A stretch of 63,798 nt of DNA, the filler included. It is 5 parts of 5 records of this genome, joined end to end, with 100 filler letters (N's around TTAATTAATTAA, not from the genome) between each part and the next. Parts side by side here need not be neighbours in the genome. Positions count along the whole stretch, not along the records: positions 21,117 to 32,620 come from SRR20825019_567; positions 32,721 to 57,591 come from SRR20825019_574; 3 more parts are not named here. One strand, given 5' to 3'. The position numbers were made by a program, and so were the translations under genes. Below are positions 22,500 to 33,245 of this stretch, piece by piece (the stretch's first letter is position 1; each line of letters begins with the position of its first letter). The notes beneath the pieces are model-generated. The model made no database searches, was not told where the DNA came from, and was given only the letters and a program-made list of their open reading frames with translations.

Positions 22500-25400
22500 T
22501 TAAGCAATAACCTCCTTAGCGAAGGCGGTATCGAACCCCTCTGTGAACCCACCAAAGGACCCCACATACATGGGGGCCAACAGGTTGAGCCAACCCGCGC
22601 ATCCTGTGGCCGCCATGAATACATTATGTAGTAGCTCCAATGGGAACCCAGCTGGGAGGTGTAGTTGCTTAGCCACCTCTCGGTATCCAGTGGCATGTAC
22701 CTTGGGGGCGATATCCACCTCCACACGCCCGAAGCCCCCCACTATCAACTCACAGTCGGTGTTAACGTTGGAGTCGTTATCGCGTATGAGAGCACTGTGG
22801 CCGCAGCTAGGGTAGAAGGACCCACATGGATGGTGGGGGTGGGTATGATGCTGGGAGAGGAATGACTGATCAGGCTTGTCATCGTCCTCCCTATCATCAT
22901 CCGAATCTGAGTACCTACTCTTCTTCGTTCTTGATGGGGATATGGTAGGTGTGGGTGGAGAGGGCTCAAAGGGAGTGCCCCCCACACGGCTGTATATCAC
23001 CTTAAACAGCACCCTTGGATGGCTCGAATCCATCTGGGAGATGAAGCTTCTCAACTCCACACTACTCGGACCAAATGGGCTGCTGATACGTGAGTATATG
23101 GCCGTCTGGCGGGATGCCTCCGCGCTGTGTAGATTCACATCAGTGAAGGTGATGGAGGCTAGTAAAGATTGGTATAGTTTTATGTGGGGAAGGGGGTACA
23201 TGGGTAGGATGTTCATAGTAGGGGTGGCTGTTGTTGGGGGGACAACAGAGGCCGTCTGGTATGTATACGATGACATGACAGCAACGCCAGAATCAGAAGG
23301 TGGTGGTGGTGGGGAGGATGCCCCCTCTCTTTTATTGATAGCATCCAGGAGAAGGAACCGCTCAAGTAGGACGGCGGCCCTACGACGGTGGCCGTCCTTA
23401 GTAGTGCGGGTAACACCTACATTGGTGGTGGTAGTTGGGGTCGGATTGGTGACGATAAAGGGAGCGGTGATAGGCAACAGGCGGCTAAGGAGCTCCCCAT
23501 GGACTGCTGCAAAATCAACAACACCCACATCCGACTCCCCTTCTGCTCCCCCTCCTGTTATTGATGATGCGTCCTTGATGTGTCCCTTTGCCATAGTCTC
23601 GAGGGTGGTGTGTACTTCCGAGGCCACTGAGGTAACCACCTCCTTAGACACCCACACAGGGAACATCAATGCCGCCTCCAGCCTACCCTCCCACCAAGGA
23701 CCTCCTCCTCTTGCTACTAAAGGGTCGGTGTTGTTGGTATGTACTACCGAGCTCAATACAGGGGTGATGATGGGAGTACGATGATGTGTGGTGATGGCCA
23801 CGATATCATCTGGCAAATTACCCCTACTATGAGTATCCTCTCTCTCGTCGCCCTCGGGTGGTACATATCCTGTGACCATAGTAGGAGCCGCATGCAGTAG
23901 GGCAGGTAGGGGCTGAGAAGGCTGCAGGAACCGATCACTGACCACCTCTGCAACCGTCTGTAGATTAACCTCCCTCACTAGTACCGACTCTACTCCATAC
24001 AGCCCAATCCGCTGCCCCACCTCGAAGTTAGATATCAGCGACTCCAGTTCGTGGCGGATGGATTGGGGGTGGTTAACAAGAGATAGACCCGATAGGTGGA
24101 ACTTGGTCTGGAGGGATACATTAGCTATGTACGATTGGAAGAAGGGGTGTTGGTACCCCATCCCGTACAAAGGTGGAACTACTGATATTGTTGAGGATGC
24201 GTCCCCATCGGAAGTATTACTATCAGGGTGGTGGTGGTGTTGTAGTAGTAATACATTGTGGCTCCCTAGGGTAAGGTCTAGGGACTCCTCATCATCTCCC
24301 GTCATCATGCTTGTACGAGGGGTATCCTCACACCCACTACCAAGGGGCGCATTCTCTATTATCCTCCTCCCCCTAGCATCATGCCCACCTGGACCTACAG
24401 GCTCGATAAGGGGCTTCATATGAGGACCAGGGACAAGGAGGCGTTGTTGGTAGGATAGCCCCTCGCCAAAGTGCATAAAATACCCCCTAACCTCGGTAGG
24501 TAGTAATTGTTGGATGGGGGGATTTAGCACCCCTGCCTCATAGAATTCGGCATCCCAGCGGCCTCCGTCCCCGACAGGTGTGGTAGCTAGACGGATAGAG
24601 GAGGGTAGGGAACGGGCATTGGTAGGGTTAGATAGTACATCACTACCCCCACCATTATGATCAATACAGGTATTGTTCGTGGGAGGAGAAGATGGTGGTG
24701 TGGAGATTGCGGTAAAGACAGTACCGTCATCAGTGGTTACAACAGTGGTGGATGTAGGTGGGGATGCAGTTGTAGGGTGGGGGTGCTCACCCGATACGAG
24801 TCGGGCAGGGGCCGATATGAGAAAGGGCACACTGCCGTCCTGTAACCACCTATCCATCTCTGCACGCTTCTGTACCGCTGCTTCTACCCACCTCTCTGCC
24901 CAGAAGTCGGCTGTAGACTTACCCCTCCACCTAGGCACAAATACCTTGGGGACCGGCTTGGGAGGAGACGTGGATGATGACGACAGTGCCGCTGCTGATT
25001 GGGTTTTTATTTTAGCCTCCACGTTTGCCAACATCTCCTCTATTGTCTGAATGCGTCGTACTCCTGATGATGATTGGGCAGTGGACTTGCGGGAATTACC
25101 CACTGATGAGGCAGGCTGCTTTGGGGCCATAACCCGTCGCCTGGTGACCAAAAGTTTCCGTACTACTGCTCCATCGACGAGGGCGTCCGAGGGTGACCAT
25201 GGGGGTGGGGGAGCACGATCGGCAGATCCGAAGGAATACTGCCATCTAGCTGGTACTGCCTCATATCCCCCCTCTGTGACAACTAGGGGAGATAAATCCG
25301 ATGATGATGTATCAGTGGTTGGTAGGACGTTAATTTCATCAAAGCATCGCTTATTTAATAGTGATAGTGCATGTGGATCTTGTGTAGCACTACTGCTACT

Positions 25401-26075
25401 GTTAGCAGCTGCAGCTGGCCTGGGGGAACGGGTAGCGGCATGAAGGGCGGTAGACTGCCACTTGGATGGTGTTAGATCGACCCACGTACCCGCACACAGC
25501 CCCGCAAACCGTTTACATACAGTAGGGAGTAGACAGGTCTGGGTCAGCATACGTACATCTACATACGACAATACCCGCAGTACCACCTCAGCTGGTAGGG
25601 GGCTGAGGGTACCACATCCATTAGAGGTATCATCATCATCGTAATGATCATCGTCGTATTCACCGGCATCATCCCCAGCTGCTAAGCCAGCAAGAGTTGC
25701 AGAAGAAGAAGGGATTGGGGTTGATGCTGGAAGTAGTGACCAATAGGGTGTGTAACCCCAATACGTAATAGCAGTCTGCACATCGGCATCAGCCTCGGAA
25801 GTATCATTGGTTGCAGCATGTGCCATAGCCGCCCATATGGTGCAGGATAGGAGTGACCGGGGACCTCTACCTGAGTGAGTAGCGTCTCTACTCTCAGATG
25901 AGCTGCCCTTCTTATTGTTGTTATCGTCATCCGACGAGTCCCCATCAACACTGCCATCCTCACTACTACGACCCAACTCCCTAGCAAGGTATGCCGAGTC
26001 GACACTAGGCTCACTGGATAGGGATGATGAGCCACTTTCCCGTGGTAGGAGGTCCTCAGCTGGCAGTATGTTCAT
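22500..26075 (-). CDS. Large intronless F-box-containing protein
   Basis: LSPLPAEVVLRVLSYVD...VCKRF F-box motif; S/T/P/D-rich low-complexity inserts. Confidence 0.72.
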   Translation of the reverse strand: MNILPAEDLLPRESGSSSLSSEPSVDSAYLARELGRSSEDGSVDGDSSDDDNNNKKGSSSESRDATHSGRGPRSLLSCTIWAAMAHAATNDTSEADADVQTAITYWGYTPYWSLLPASTPIPSSSATLAGLAAGDDAGEYDDDHYDDDDTSNGCGTLSPLPAEVVLRVLSYVDVRMLTQTCLLPTVCKRFAGLCAGTWVDLTPSKWQSTALHAATRSPRPAAAANSSSSATQDPHALSLLNKRCFDEINVLPTTDTSSSDLSPLVVTEGGYEAVPARWQYSFGSADRAPPPPWSPSDALVDGAVVRKLLVTRRRVMAPKQPASSVGNSRKSTAQSSSGVRRIQTIEEMLANVEAKIKTQSAAALSSSSTSPPKPVPKVFVPRWRGKSTADFWAERWVEAAVQKRAEMDRWLQDGSVPFLISAPARLVSGEHPHPTTASPPTSTTVVTTDDGTVFTAISTPPSSPPTNNTCIDHNGGGSDVLSNPTNARSLPSSIRLATTPVGDGGRWDAEFYEAGVLNPPIQQLLPTEVRGYFMHFGEGLSYQQRLLVPGPHMKPLIEPVGPGGHDARGRRIIENAPLGSGCEDTPRTSMMTGDDEESLDLTLGSHNVLLLQHHHHPDSNTSDGDASSTISVVPPLYGMGYQHPFFQSYIANVSLQTKFHLSGLSLVNHPQSIRHELESLISNFEVGQRIGLYGVESVLVREVNLQTVAEVVSDRFLQPSQPLPALLHAAPTMVTGYVPPEGDEREDTHSRGNLPDDIVAITTHHRTPIITPVLSSVVHTNNTDPLVARGGGPWWEGRLEAALMFPVWVSKEVVTSVASEVHTTLETMAKGHIKDASSITGGGAEGESDVGVVDFAAVHGELLSRLLPITAPFIVTNPTPTTTTNVGVTRTTKDGHRRRAAVLLERFLLLDAINKREGASSPPPPPSDSGVAVMSSYTYQTASVVPPTTATPTMNILPMYPLPHIKLYQSLLASITFTDVNLHSAEASRQTAIYSRISSPFGPSSVELRSFISQMDSSHPRVLFKVIYSRVGGTPFEPSPPTPTISPSRTKKSRYSDSDDDREDDDKPDQSFLSQHHTHPHHPCGSFYPSCGHSALIRDNDSNVNTDCELIVGGFGRVEVDIAPKVHATGYREVAKQLHLPAGFPLELLHNVFMAATGCAGWLNLLAPMYVGSFGGFTEGFDTAFAKEVIA

Positions 26076-26332
26076 ATGCAGGTAGCGGGTTGTGTGAATA
26101 GCGGGTGTAATAGCAATGGGTGTGCAACGATAATTTATAAAATGTATAAGTGTGTGGCGGTATGATTGTGATTTAAAAGAAAATAATGTAGACTAATGTG
26201 GGGAGGGAAGAAGATCGTTCAGGAACATGTAGAAACATAAACAGGGTTTTTAAAGAGAAAAATTGGTGGATAATTACAACACATGATAGTAAATATCATG
26301 ATAGAAACGTGTGTGGATGGATGCGAAGCCCT

Positions 26333-26794
26333 TTAGTTAAAAGTACCTCCTCCTCCCTCAGGGCCAGCCTTGGCTTCTACCAGCGGCCTCCTCTCCTCCC
26401 TGGGTCTGCTCGATGCCCTGCTAGCACCACCACTACCGTGTGACATCTCCTCGTCATCATCGGCGTTGGCGTGGTACACCCCAAACATTTTATCTGTGTA
26501 GGCCCAGAAGGCTTCCACAGACATTTCTATAGAATGGCTGTCCTCCCTCCCCCAGACCCTCATCAACACCAGGTACGATACCAGCATCACCACCAACAGC
26601 ACTCCTGCCGCTACCATAATGGTGTTAGAGAGGGGGGTAAAGACGCAGCTGTAGGACCCGCTACCATCCCCCACGCATGTACTGATGGGACAGAGGCAAC
26701 TTTCAAAAGTGTAGTCATGGGCAGATACGAAACAGGCCCCGTTAGTAGTGGATACCCAATCACTGTGGCCAGCCCGACATGTTCCAAATACCAT
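26333..26794 (-). CDS. Small single-pass membrane protein with Cys-rich N-terminal region
   Basis: Six Cys before the hydrophobic segment IMVAAGVLLVVMLVSYLVLM; same strand as neighbours; pyrimidine tract upstream. Confidence 0.6.
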   Translation of the reverse strand: MVFGTCRAGHSDWVSTTNGACFVSAHDYTFESCLCPISTCVGDGSGSYSCVFTPLSNTIMVAAGVLLVVMLVSYLVLMRVWGREDSHSIEMSVEAFWAYTDKMFGVYHANADDDEEMSHGSGGASRASSRPREERRPLVEAKAGPEGGGGTFN

Positions 26795-27016
26795 GGCCGA
26801 TGTGTTAGTGGGGTTTTAGTTGCCTTTTATTGTAAAGAAGAAAATGTGAAATAGATGGAAACGGAAAAGTAAAAATAAAATAGAATAGACACTTGTCACA
26901 ATTGTAGCGATATATTTGATGATCAACAATAATTTGAAGGGGTTGTAATAAACCTAAATGGAGTTACTAAATATATATAATGGCGGTGTGTTGTGGTAGG
27001 GGGATACTTCCATCCT

Positions 27017-29236
27017 TTATGCGCTGACAGAGGTGGTGGGCACCTCATGTCGGACACGACGACGAGCAGAGCTGGAGCGAGATCGGAGCTGTTCGTGGAG
27101 GGGTACCATCTCAGTGATGGCGGTAGTATCACAGCCATGATCCCTTAGGGCCTTGATGACGTTGTGTAGTACCACGGGGTCGATTCCAACATTACAATCG
27201 AGGGCATACTTAGCTAGTCGATACACCGTATCCACATCCCCAGCCCTCGAGGCCCTTTCTACAATAGGTAGTACGAATTCAATCTCAACCCTACCAAAAG
27301 TAGAGGCCCGCTCAAGGAACCACATAGCCTCATCGATGTTCTCGTTGAGGACCGATTGGCGGATGACGAGGCGGAAGGTGAGAGAGTTGGGGGCAACGGC
27401 ATCCTCTAGCATTCTCTCGAATATGGCCCTGTGCATGGACGCCTTCCTCTTACCGACCGATGCAAGTAACAGGCAGTTATAGCTGTTGGTACGGGGTTGC
27501 ACTCCGAAGAGCTTAAAGCTGTCTAACGCCTCCAAGGCACGGGTCTCGTCGCCAATCTTACTACATGCCAGCACGACAGTATCGAGGGAGTGTACCGAGA
27601 CGCTCTTACCGTCCCGATGACGCTGGGTGAGGTAGTTGAAGGCCCGATCGACCAACTCCTTGGACCCCAGCATATCAGCAGCTGCCATTAAGTAGTGCCG
27701 ATCCATGGAGTGGGATACACTCTCAAGGGTAAACTTTTGGAAGGGGTCGGCCTTGGTGAGCAGCTCGCTCCGAGCCATGTGCTCGAGTGTATCGAATGCC
27801 TTCTCCACCTCCTCCGTCTGAGAGTACCCCCATACTAGTAGGGCAGGTATGTCCCCCTTCTTCTCTACGATGTTACGTTCCATTAGTGCAAGTATCCTCT
27901 CGGCTGTTTGGGTGTCACCGCTCTTGACACATCGGAGGAGCAGGTGGGCGAGGTGAGACTTCTGGATCATGTGCATAAGCACATACTCATCACATAGGCA
28001 TCTTAGCTCAAGCTGGAACAACATCCACAGCGCCATCTCAGGAGGCACATCGTCACTAGTACACCATGCCGCTGCTAACGACGCCATGTGGTTCTTGTCG
28101 ATTTTACCGCCCTCCAGGGCAGCCGATACGATTGAGAAGGCGTAGGAGACGTCCTTGGTGTGGGGGGCTACGTACTGTAGCATCCACTTGGAGGCGGCAT
28201 GGAGAGGCTTGCCAAGGGACTGAAGGGTATGCTTGGTAAGGAAGGAGGAGGAGGTAGACAACATTGCCTGTTGGTTTGTTGGTGATGATGTGGTGGTAGA
28301 TGGTGTGCTCAAGTTGAAGTTCACTAGATCGTCACCGCTTGATCGAACCAGCTCTGATAAGGTGGGGGAGGAGGATAGCGGTGTGTCGGCGGTTGGAGAG
28401 GTGGTACTAAGAGTAGTAGTAGTCACCGACCTCCCCTCGAACCCCGTCATCTCTGACCACAGCCCTATGGGGTCCTTCTCCATACGGAGGTGTAGCTCAG
28501 TAAGATATAGGTAGGTGAGGGGAGACTTGGGTATACCTGCGGTATCCATCACCCGTAATACGTAGAAGGCGTCGTCCCTACTGAAGTTGCTCCTCATAGT
28601 AAGGATATCCAAGTAGGTGTCTACAATAGCAGTACTATGGCTCTGGGCACATGTAGTGGTACTGGTATTGGAGGAGGAGGGCTTGGAGAAGCGAGGTGCA
28701 CGATGGAGGGCCTCAATGACAAGGTGGAAGACATCCCTGACGCCGTCGATGCGACCCTGGGCAGTGTAAGCACGCATAAGGGTGATAGCGACATCACGGG
28801 CATCGCTACCGTAGATGGAGAGGAAGGGTGCAGAGGTGGGAAGGGGGTTGGAGGTAATGGGGGTGAAGGAGTGAAGGTGATAGTTAATACGGTCAGCTTC
28901 GGTGGAGGGTGCGTCCCCAGGGGTACCACCTGCCTTAGCCGCCTGATCCTCCGACCCTGCCCTCATTGCCGCAATATGGCGGGTGAATAGTGCCTCAAAG
29001 GCATCAGTGGTACGTTTGAATGCACCTGCAAGCATCGACGACTGCATCTCCCCCAAGGACATCACCACCGCACCAGCAGAGGTAGCAGCCATGGTAGTTG
29101 TAGTAGTAGAAGTAGTGGGGGCATGTAGTACCCTGCCTGTTGACAGCGTACGGGGGTAAGAAGAGGTAGTGGTAGTAGTAGGGGGTAGAGCTCGCTGCAA
29201 ACACCTCATTCGCGTGCAGGTCGTGTATCTCAACAT
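27017..29236 (-). CDS. Mitochondrion-targeted pentatricopeptide-repeat (PPR) protein
   Basis: MLRY..R-rich presequence; PPR-like units such as GVQPRTNSYNCLLLAS and VAPNSLTFRLVIR. Confidence 0.78.
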   Translation of the reverse strand: MLRYTTCTRMRCLQRALPPTTTTTSSYPRTLSTGRVLHAPTTSTTTTTMAATSAGAVVMSLGEMQSSMLAGAFKRTTDAFEALFTRHIAAMRAGSEDQAAKAGGTPGDAPSTEADRINYHLHSFTPITSNPLPTSAPFLSIYGSDARDVAITLMRAYTAQGRIDGVRDVFHLVIEALHRAPRFSKPSSSNTSTTTCAQSHSTAIVDTYLDILTMRSNFSRDDAFYVLRVMDTAGIPKSPLTYLYLTELHLRMEKDPIGLWSEMTGFEGRSVTTTTLSTTSPTADTPLSSSPTLSELVRSSGDDLVNFNLSTPSTTTSSPTNQQAMLSTSSSFLTKHTLQSLGKPLHAASKWMLQYVAPHTKDVSYAFSIVSAALEGGKIDKNHMASLAAAWCTSDDVPPEMALWMLFQLELRCLCDEYVLMHMIQKSHLAHLLLRCVKSGDTQTAERILALMERNIVEKKGDIPALLVWGYSQTEEVEKAFDTLEHMARSELLTKADPFQKFTLESVSHSMDRHYLMAAADMLGSKELVDRAFNYLTQRHRDGKSVSVHSLDTVVLACSKIGDETRALEALDSFKLFGVQPRTNSYNCLLLASVGKRKASMHRAIFERMLEDAVAPNSLTFRLVIRQSVLNENIDEAMWFLERASTFGRVEIEFVLPIVERASRAGDVDTVYRLAKYALDCNVGIDPVVLHNVIKALRDHGCDTTAITEMVPLHEQLRSRSSSARRRVRHEVPTTSVSA

Positions 29237-29413
29237 GATGTTATTAACGTTACGTGTGTACGGACCTTGGAAGTTGGAGTAAAATAGTGGGGAAAGGGAC
29301 AGTACAGTTATGAGTTAAATAGCAACTTAATACGCTTAGAGTGACAGAAATGTACCAAAATGAGAAACAATAGGATTGTGTAAATAATAATCATCATATT
29401 TTGCTTAATATTA

Positions 29414-29863
29414 TTAGCGCTCCCACACGAAGCGTACATCCTTAGTTGCAAGGAGGGAAGCCCGTTCGGCCTTTCTCTTTTGTATTGCTGTCTCCCTCGC
29501 CACCTGGTCCCCCTCATAGTCAGTATCGTCTGGCATCTCCTGCTCCAGTGCCCTCAACTCGTCCAAATCAACCATTTTATACGCCCCTGCTGCAGATGCG
29601 TAGTCCAGAGATTTTACCTCCCCGCGCTGCTGATCCACGACCGCCTTGATGGCAGCGTCAGCCTTTAGGCTTGCAATGGTTGAACCTCCTGTACGTAGGC
29701 CCACACGGGCACCACCCAGTGAGGATGCGGTTACCCTCTTGCTCTTGGGGATGTACGCACTCTCCTCCTCCTCCTCGTCACTACCACCGTAGGCATCCTC
29801 CCTGGGCCTAACCACACCCGCAGGGGGGGCAGTCGATAATGATGAGGATGTAAGATTAGACAT
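29414..29863 (-). CDS. Hypothetical protein (acidic/basic, possibly nuclear)
   Basis: 149-aa ORF co-oriented with the array, flanked by AT-rich spacers. Confidence 0.6.
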   Translation of the reverse strand: MSNLTSSSLSTAPPAGVVRPREDAYGGSDEEEEESAYIPKSKRVTASSLGGARVGLRTGGSTIASLKADAAIKAVVDQQRGEVKSLDYASAAGAYKMVDLDELRALEQEMPDDTDYEGDQVARETAIQKRKAERASLLATKDVRFVWER

Positions 29864-30133
29864 CTCTATTGCGTTTTGAAACTAAGAACTTTTGATGATG
29901 TTACGAGTTTTAAAAATCGAAGGAAAGAAAGTAAATATTAATAACATAACTACAATAATGATCAGGATTTAAAGCAAGATAAGACCCCCCCCGACCAAAG
30001 AGCATATTATTAACTCTTTGAACTCTGGGCGTGGAGAGAATGGATTATATAAAGGTGAAATTGATGATAATGGTGTGTTGTGTTAGATTAGGGGTTATGG
30101 GCGCTCCATGAATAACTGTCAGTGATAAGACAA

Positions 30134-32563
30134 TTATGCACGCTTGGACCTGGGAACCCACTTAGCACCGGTGGGGGCAGCAGCCTCGGGGGCGGGGGCG
30201 GCCTCGGCAGCAGGCTTGGGTTGGGCGGCGGCAGCGGGGCGGGCAGAGACGGTCTCTCCGGCAAGGGCGGCAAGACGGCGCTTCTCGGCCTCGAGGTCCT
30301 CCTCCTGGGCATCGCGCTTGGTGACCTTCTGGGAAGCGGCGGCAACATCAACCTTCTCGGACATGTACTTGGTGGCCTCGTCACGGAAGGTGTTCATGAC
30401 GTCCTTCAGGGACTTGGCGGCATCGTACTTGGCGCGGTGCTGGTCCTTGAAGTTCTGGATACGCTTGGCCTGCTCCTCGCGGTGCTGAGCCTTGGCATCC
30501 TCGTCGTTCTCAAGGGCACGACGGAGGGGGACCTCGGTCTCACGCACGGCGCGCTCGTAGTAGTTGGCATCGCGGACGGCGCTGCTCTTAGCCTCCTCCA
30601 TCTTGACGGTGTGGGGGGCAAGGATGCGCACGCAGCTTTCAATGAAGCGGGTGGAGTCAAGGTTGGCGACGTTAGCAGGGATGTTGACACCAGGGTACTT
30701 GGTGGTAATGTGGGTGATGCACTGCTTGCGGCGGTGACCATCCTCGGCCTTGGCGAGCAGCCTCTTGGCCTCCTCGATGGTGCGCCTAGTCTGCTTCTCA
30801 CGCTGGACGATCTCCTGCTTCCTGGCGTCGTCGATCTTGGCGCTCTCATGATCACGGTTCTTCTGCTCGCGGTCCTTCTTGCGGTTCTCAGCACTATCGA
30901 GGCACTGGGTCTGCTGGGTGTTGATCTTCTCCATCAGGGCCATCTCGCGCTCCATCTGGACGGCAAGGGACTTACCGGCGGGGAGCTCACGGCGACGCTT
31001 AGCGACGGGGATGCTGAGGGCGCTGCCGACGGCGGCGTTGAGGGCCTCGAGGGAGGTGCGGATGGTGTTCTCGGAGGTGTTGAAGCAGGCGGTGTGGTCG
31101 ACAACATCAACGGTGGCACCGCAACAGATAGCGATGAGATGGACGTCGTTGACCTGGGGGAAGAGGACCTGGGTGGCAAGGGTGGCCATCTGGAGGACGG
31201 GCTTGGTAGTGAAGAAGAGGGTCATGTACTCCTCGAGCAGGGAGCGCTCAAGGGCAGCGAGGTAGGGAGCGCACCAGTCGCAAGACTTGAGGATGTTCAG
31301 GTGGGTGTACACGAAGTCGAGGTCGGTGACCTTGTTGTTGACGACGATGTCGAGGAGGGCGAGGGAGCTGGGGTGGGCCTTCTGGAGGTCGGGCTTCCTC
31401 ATGATCTCGGCGCGGAGGGACTGCTGGGACGGGAGGGCAGGGAGGCGGAGGATGCTGGCAAGATCGTCGCCGTTGTAGCTCTCGTTGGACTCCTTGATTG
31501 CCTGGTTGTTCTGGGAGTTGGATACACAGAGGGTGGCAAGGACGGCACGGTTGAGGACGAGCTCGCTGGTGGCGGGGGTGGTGAAGCGGGACTGCTGGAT
31601 GATGGAGTGGGCGTGGAAGACCCAGTTACGGTTCTCAAGGAAGACATCGGAGACGACGCGGAAACGTTGCTCGGCGATCTCGATCTTGGCAAGGGGGAAG
31701 TCGATCTTATCGGCCTCGGTCTTGTTGTGCTCCTTGACGGCGGTCTCAACCTCACCCCACAGGGAGGACAGCCTGCCGAGGGCCTCGCGCACGGCTCCCC
31801 AGTTTCCGAGGGAGAGGGCGGTGGCAAGCAGCTTGAAGCGCATGGCGGCAATGTCGGGGGTGTGGTTCTTGAGGGCGTCGGTGCAGTAGTCGTTGTTGGT
31901 CTTGAAGACATCGCAGAAGCCATTTACGGAGCGGCTGATGGCGAACACCTCACGGGGGGAGTTGAGGGTGATGCACATGTCGAGGAGACGGCTCACGCAG
32001 AACATGAACATCTTCTGGCTGATCTGGAAGAAAAGCCTGCGGTCGCAGAGCACGAAGCAGACGGCGTTGGGGAGCTTAAGGAATGGGCTGGAGGAGGCCT
32101 CCTCGTTGACACCAAGGGCGTCGAGAAGCTTAGACTCCTGGCTCTGGTTGGTGTTGCTGGTCTCTCCGCGGACGGCGGCGACCATCTCCTCGGCGCGGGA
32201 CACGAGGTACTTGACGGCCCTCTCGATGGGTCCGGATCCAACCTTGTTACGGCTGCAGCGCATGTGGTACTGCTTCATGGGCTCCTTGAGGCTGCTGACA
32301 CGATCGGTGGTGAGGCACATGTCGATGAGGAAGTACATGGCCATCTCCTCGAGGTTAGGGTCGACCTTACCGCGGGACTGGTTCTTACCAACCCATAGCC
32401 TGCTCAGGTCCTTTACGGCCTGCTCGTAGCGACGCTCAGAGAAGTCAGTGATGGCCTTCTCGACGACGGTCTCACCGCTACGATCCTCGATGCTGCGGAC
32501 AAGAGTGTCAAGGTTACCCTTGTGGATGGCGGCGATCTTGGCGGCAGAGTAGCCAGACGACAT
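30134..32563 (-). CDS. eIF3a: Eukaryotic translation initiation factor 3 subunit A (divergent)
   Basis: LEEMAMYFLIDMC...LKEPMKQY...C...IERAVKYLVSRAEE matches the eIF3a N-terminus; YYERAVRETEVPL matches the eIF3a C-terminal helix; strong C/G third-position bias; ATG 32563. Confidence 0.78.
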   Translation of the reverse strand: MSSGYSAAKIAAIHKGNLDTLVRSIEDRSGETVVEKAITDFSERRYEQAVKDLSRLWVGKNQSRGKVDPNLEEMAMYFLIDMCLTTDRVSSLKEPMKQYHMRCSRNKVGSGPIERAVKYLVSRAEEMVAAVRGETSNTNQSQESKLLDALGVNEEASSSPFLKLPNAVCFVLCDRRLFFQISQKMFMFCVSRLLDMCITLNSPREVFAISRSVNGFCDVFKTNNDYCTDALKNHTPDIAAMRFKLLATALSLGNWGAVREALGRLSSLWGEVETAVKEHNKTEADKIDFPLAKIEIAEQRFRVVSDVFLENRNWVFHAHSIIQQSRFTTPATSELVLNRAVLATLCVSNSQNNQAIKESNESYNGDDLASILRLPALPSQQSLRAEIMRKPDLQKAHPSSLALLDIVVNNKVTDLDFVYTHLNILKSCDWCAPYLAALERSLLEEYMTLFFTTKPVLQMATLATQVLFPQVNDVHLIAICCGATVDVVDHTACFNTSENTIRTSLEALNAAVGSALSIPVAKRRRELPAGKSLAVQMEREMALMEKINTQQTQCLDSAENRKKDREQKNRDHESAKIDDARKQEIVQREKQTRRTIEEAKRLLAKAEDGHRRKQCITHITTKYPGVNIPANVANLDSTRFIESCVRILAPHTVKMEEAKSSAVRDANYYERAVRETEVPLRRALENDEDAKAQHREEQAKRIQNFKDQHRAKYDAAKSLKDVMNTFRDEATKYMSEKVDVAAASQKVTKRDAQEEDLEAEKRRLAALAGETVSARPAAAAQPKPAAEAAPAPEAAAPTGAKWVPRSKRA

Positions 32564-32620
32564 TGTTAAACTAAATAAAAAAGGGAAATATATAAATGGT
32601 AACAACAAAATATAACAACA

Positions 32621-32720
32621 NNNNNNNNNNNNNNNNNNNNNNNNNNNNNNNNNNNNNNNNNNNNTTAATTAATTAANNNNNNNNNNNNNNNNNNNNNNNN
32701 NNNNNNNNNNNNNNNNNNNN
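32621..32720. other. Artificial contig linker
   Basis: N44-TTAATTAATTAA-N44. Confidence 0.98.
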
Positions 32721-33037
32721 TTGGATTGTAAGGAAAGCGCTTTTCTAACCGCTTTTTCCGCCTCCTCAAAACGTCCGAGACGCGCGAGCGAAGCGCTATG
32801 TGCCTGCAACCCGGGAGCCGACTTTTTATTGAGGCTTGTCGCCTTGGCCAACAGGGGTTCTGCCGCGGAATAGTCCCCCAATTGCAGCGCGACGACTCCA
32901 GTGAGATAATTGGTTTCAAAGACACGAGGTGCCGCGGTCCGTGCACGTTCGAAGGACGCCCCGGCCTCACGGAATCGTCCGGCACGGTGATGCGAAATCC
33001 CCGTGGATAAATGTTGCTGAACAGATTTTGGAAGCAT
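32721..33037 (-). CDS. TPR-repeat protein, N-terminal part (partial)
   Basis: HHRAGRFREA, LGDYSAAEPLL, LGRFEEAEKAVRKAL TPR units. Confidence 0.8.
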
Positions 33038-33245
33038 GAGGACGGTGGCCAGCAATCCGTTCGGAAAACGTTTTGATGGGCATCGGATTTGAGAGCGGAT
33101 CAGAAATTAGTCTTTGGAACCATGTTCGGTCCAATCTCCGCAAAACTTGAGTAAATTGATCCTCAAGCATCCGGACTCTGCGTCGATAACGTGGATACAA
33201 CCATGTGCCTTATCTTATCGTGGCCGCATGTGTCCTCTTTCAATC

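Noticed and set aside
30122-32398. 758-aa Gly/Leu/Val-rich ORF on the + strand
   Set aside because: Antisense shadow of eIF3a, caused by its strong C/G third-position bias; no recognisable motifs.
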